A DNA stretch of 64,000 bases from Nitrososphaerota archaeon (lineage in GTDB: Archaea > Thermoproteota > Nitrososphaeria > Conexivisphaerales > UBA164). Shown piece by piece: positions 63,773-64,000 of the stretch (its first letter is position 1; every line of letters begins with the position of its first letter). Made by a program: the position numbers and the translations under genes. Location of the stretch: assembly GCA_009903795.1 (NCBI GenBank), contig WYER01000003.1, positions 8,637-72,636 of the forward strand. Reading direction: 5' to 3'. Under the pieces are notes generated by a model, which was not told the origin of the DNA, searched no databases, and saw only the letters and a list, made by a program, of their open reading frames with translations.

Positions 63773-64000
63773 TGAGATTTTCCCATGAGAAAGTTTCTTT
63801 CCTAATTATCCCTGAATTCTTTTCAGGATTGCTCATCAGCCTTTAAAGATCATTAGCTGAAGCCTTAAAAATACCTATAAAATGAAATGTAAAGCTTAAA
63901 GAAGGGGACTTCTGCCCCTTAATCCCTACCAGTTAAAAATCAAGAAACTTTAGCTAAAAGCTTGTAATATTTGGTTTAAAAGATCCTTTGCCTTGTTTAT

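Noticed and set aside
1-64000. Search for CRISPR arrays, rRNA genes, inteins, and long tandem repeats or satellite-like periodicity.
   Set aside because: No regularly spaced direct repeats, no rRNA-like conserved blocks, and no size anomalies in conserved proteins were seen on reading through the window. A short or degenerate array could still be missed by eye.

Overview
This is an AT-rich archaeal chromosome segment. The archaeal assignment rests on the gene set: RtcB, class-I CCA-adding enzyme, archaeal-type PEP carboxylase, MBF1, eS30, uL11, prefoldin alpha, a DUF106 insertase, geranylgeranyl reductase, and a tRNA-Trp with a 37/38 intron. The combination of grpE-dnaK-dnaJ, a tricorn-factor-type M1 aminopeptidase, MenA and heme genes looks Thermoplasmata-like, but that is inference only because no search was possible.

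I count about 55 credible protein genes, mostly housekeeping:
- a heme cluster (hemA, hemC, hemD, hemB, hemL, hemE, plus a miniature ferrochelatase-like gene) split by the HSP70 operon
- ilvD and cimA
- glyS, rtcB, cca and nth
- ftsY and pfdA
- hflX, mbf1 and rps30e
- ppcA and menA

RNA features are three tRNAs (Trp-CCA with a 70-nt intron, Gly-GCC, Cys-GCA) and one GC-rich, promoter-equipped structured RNA candidate next to tRNA-Gly.

The accessory layer consists of:
- one 759-bp IS6-like element with a shattered transposase
- at least two long relics and several end fragments of the same element in the intergenic spacers
- four inactivated genes: an adenylate kinase relic, an MFS gene with an in-frame TAG, an MFS gene with a frameshift, and the transposase

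Most interesting candidates:
1. A four-CBS protein whose C-terminus looks like a bacterial HPF/RaiA ribosome-hibernation domain. It sits beside eS30, MBF1 and HflX.
2. A MoaD/SAMP-like Ubl ending in GG-QY, translationally coupled to a Cgi121-like gene and followed by an E1 with an extra C-terminal domain.
3. A translationally coupled pair of paralogous two-domain winged-helix proteins bracketed by IS-derived ends.
4. The unclassified structured RNA.

All calls were made by eye, with no HMM, BLAST or folding runs. Repeat boundaries are approximate.
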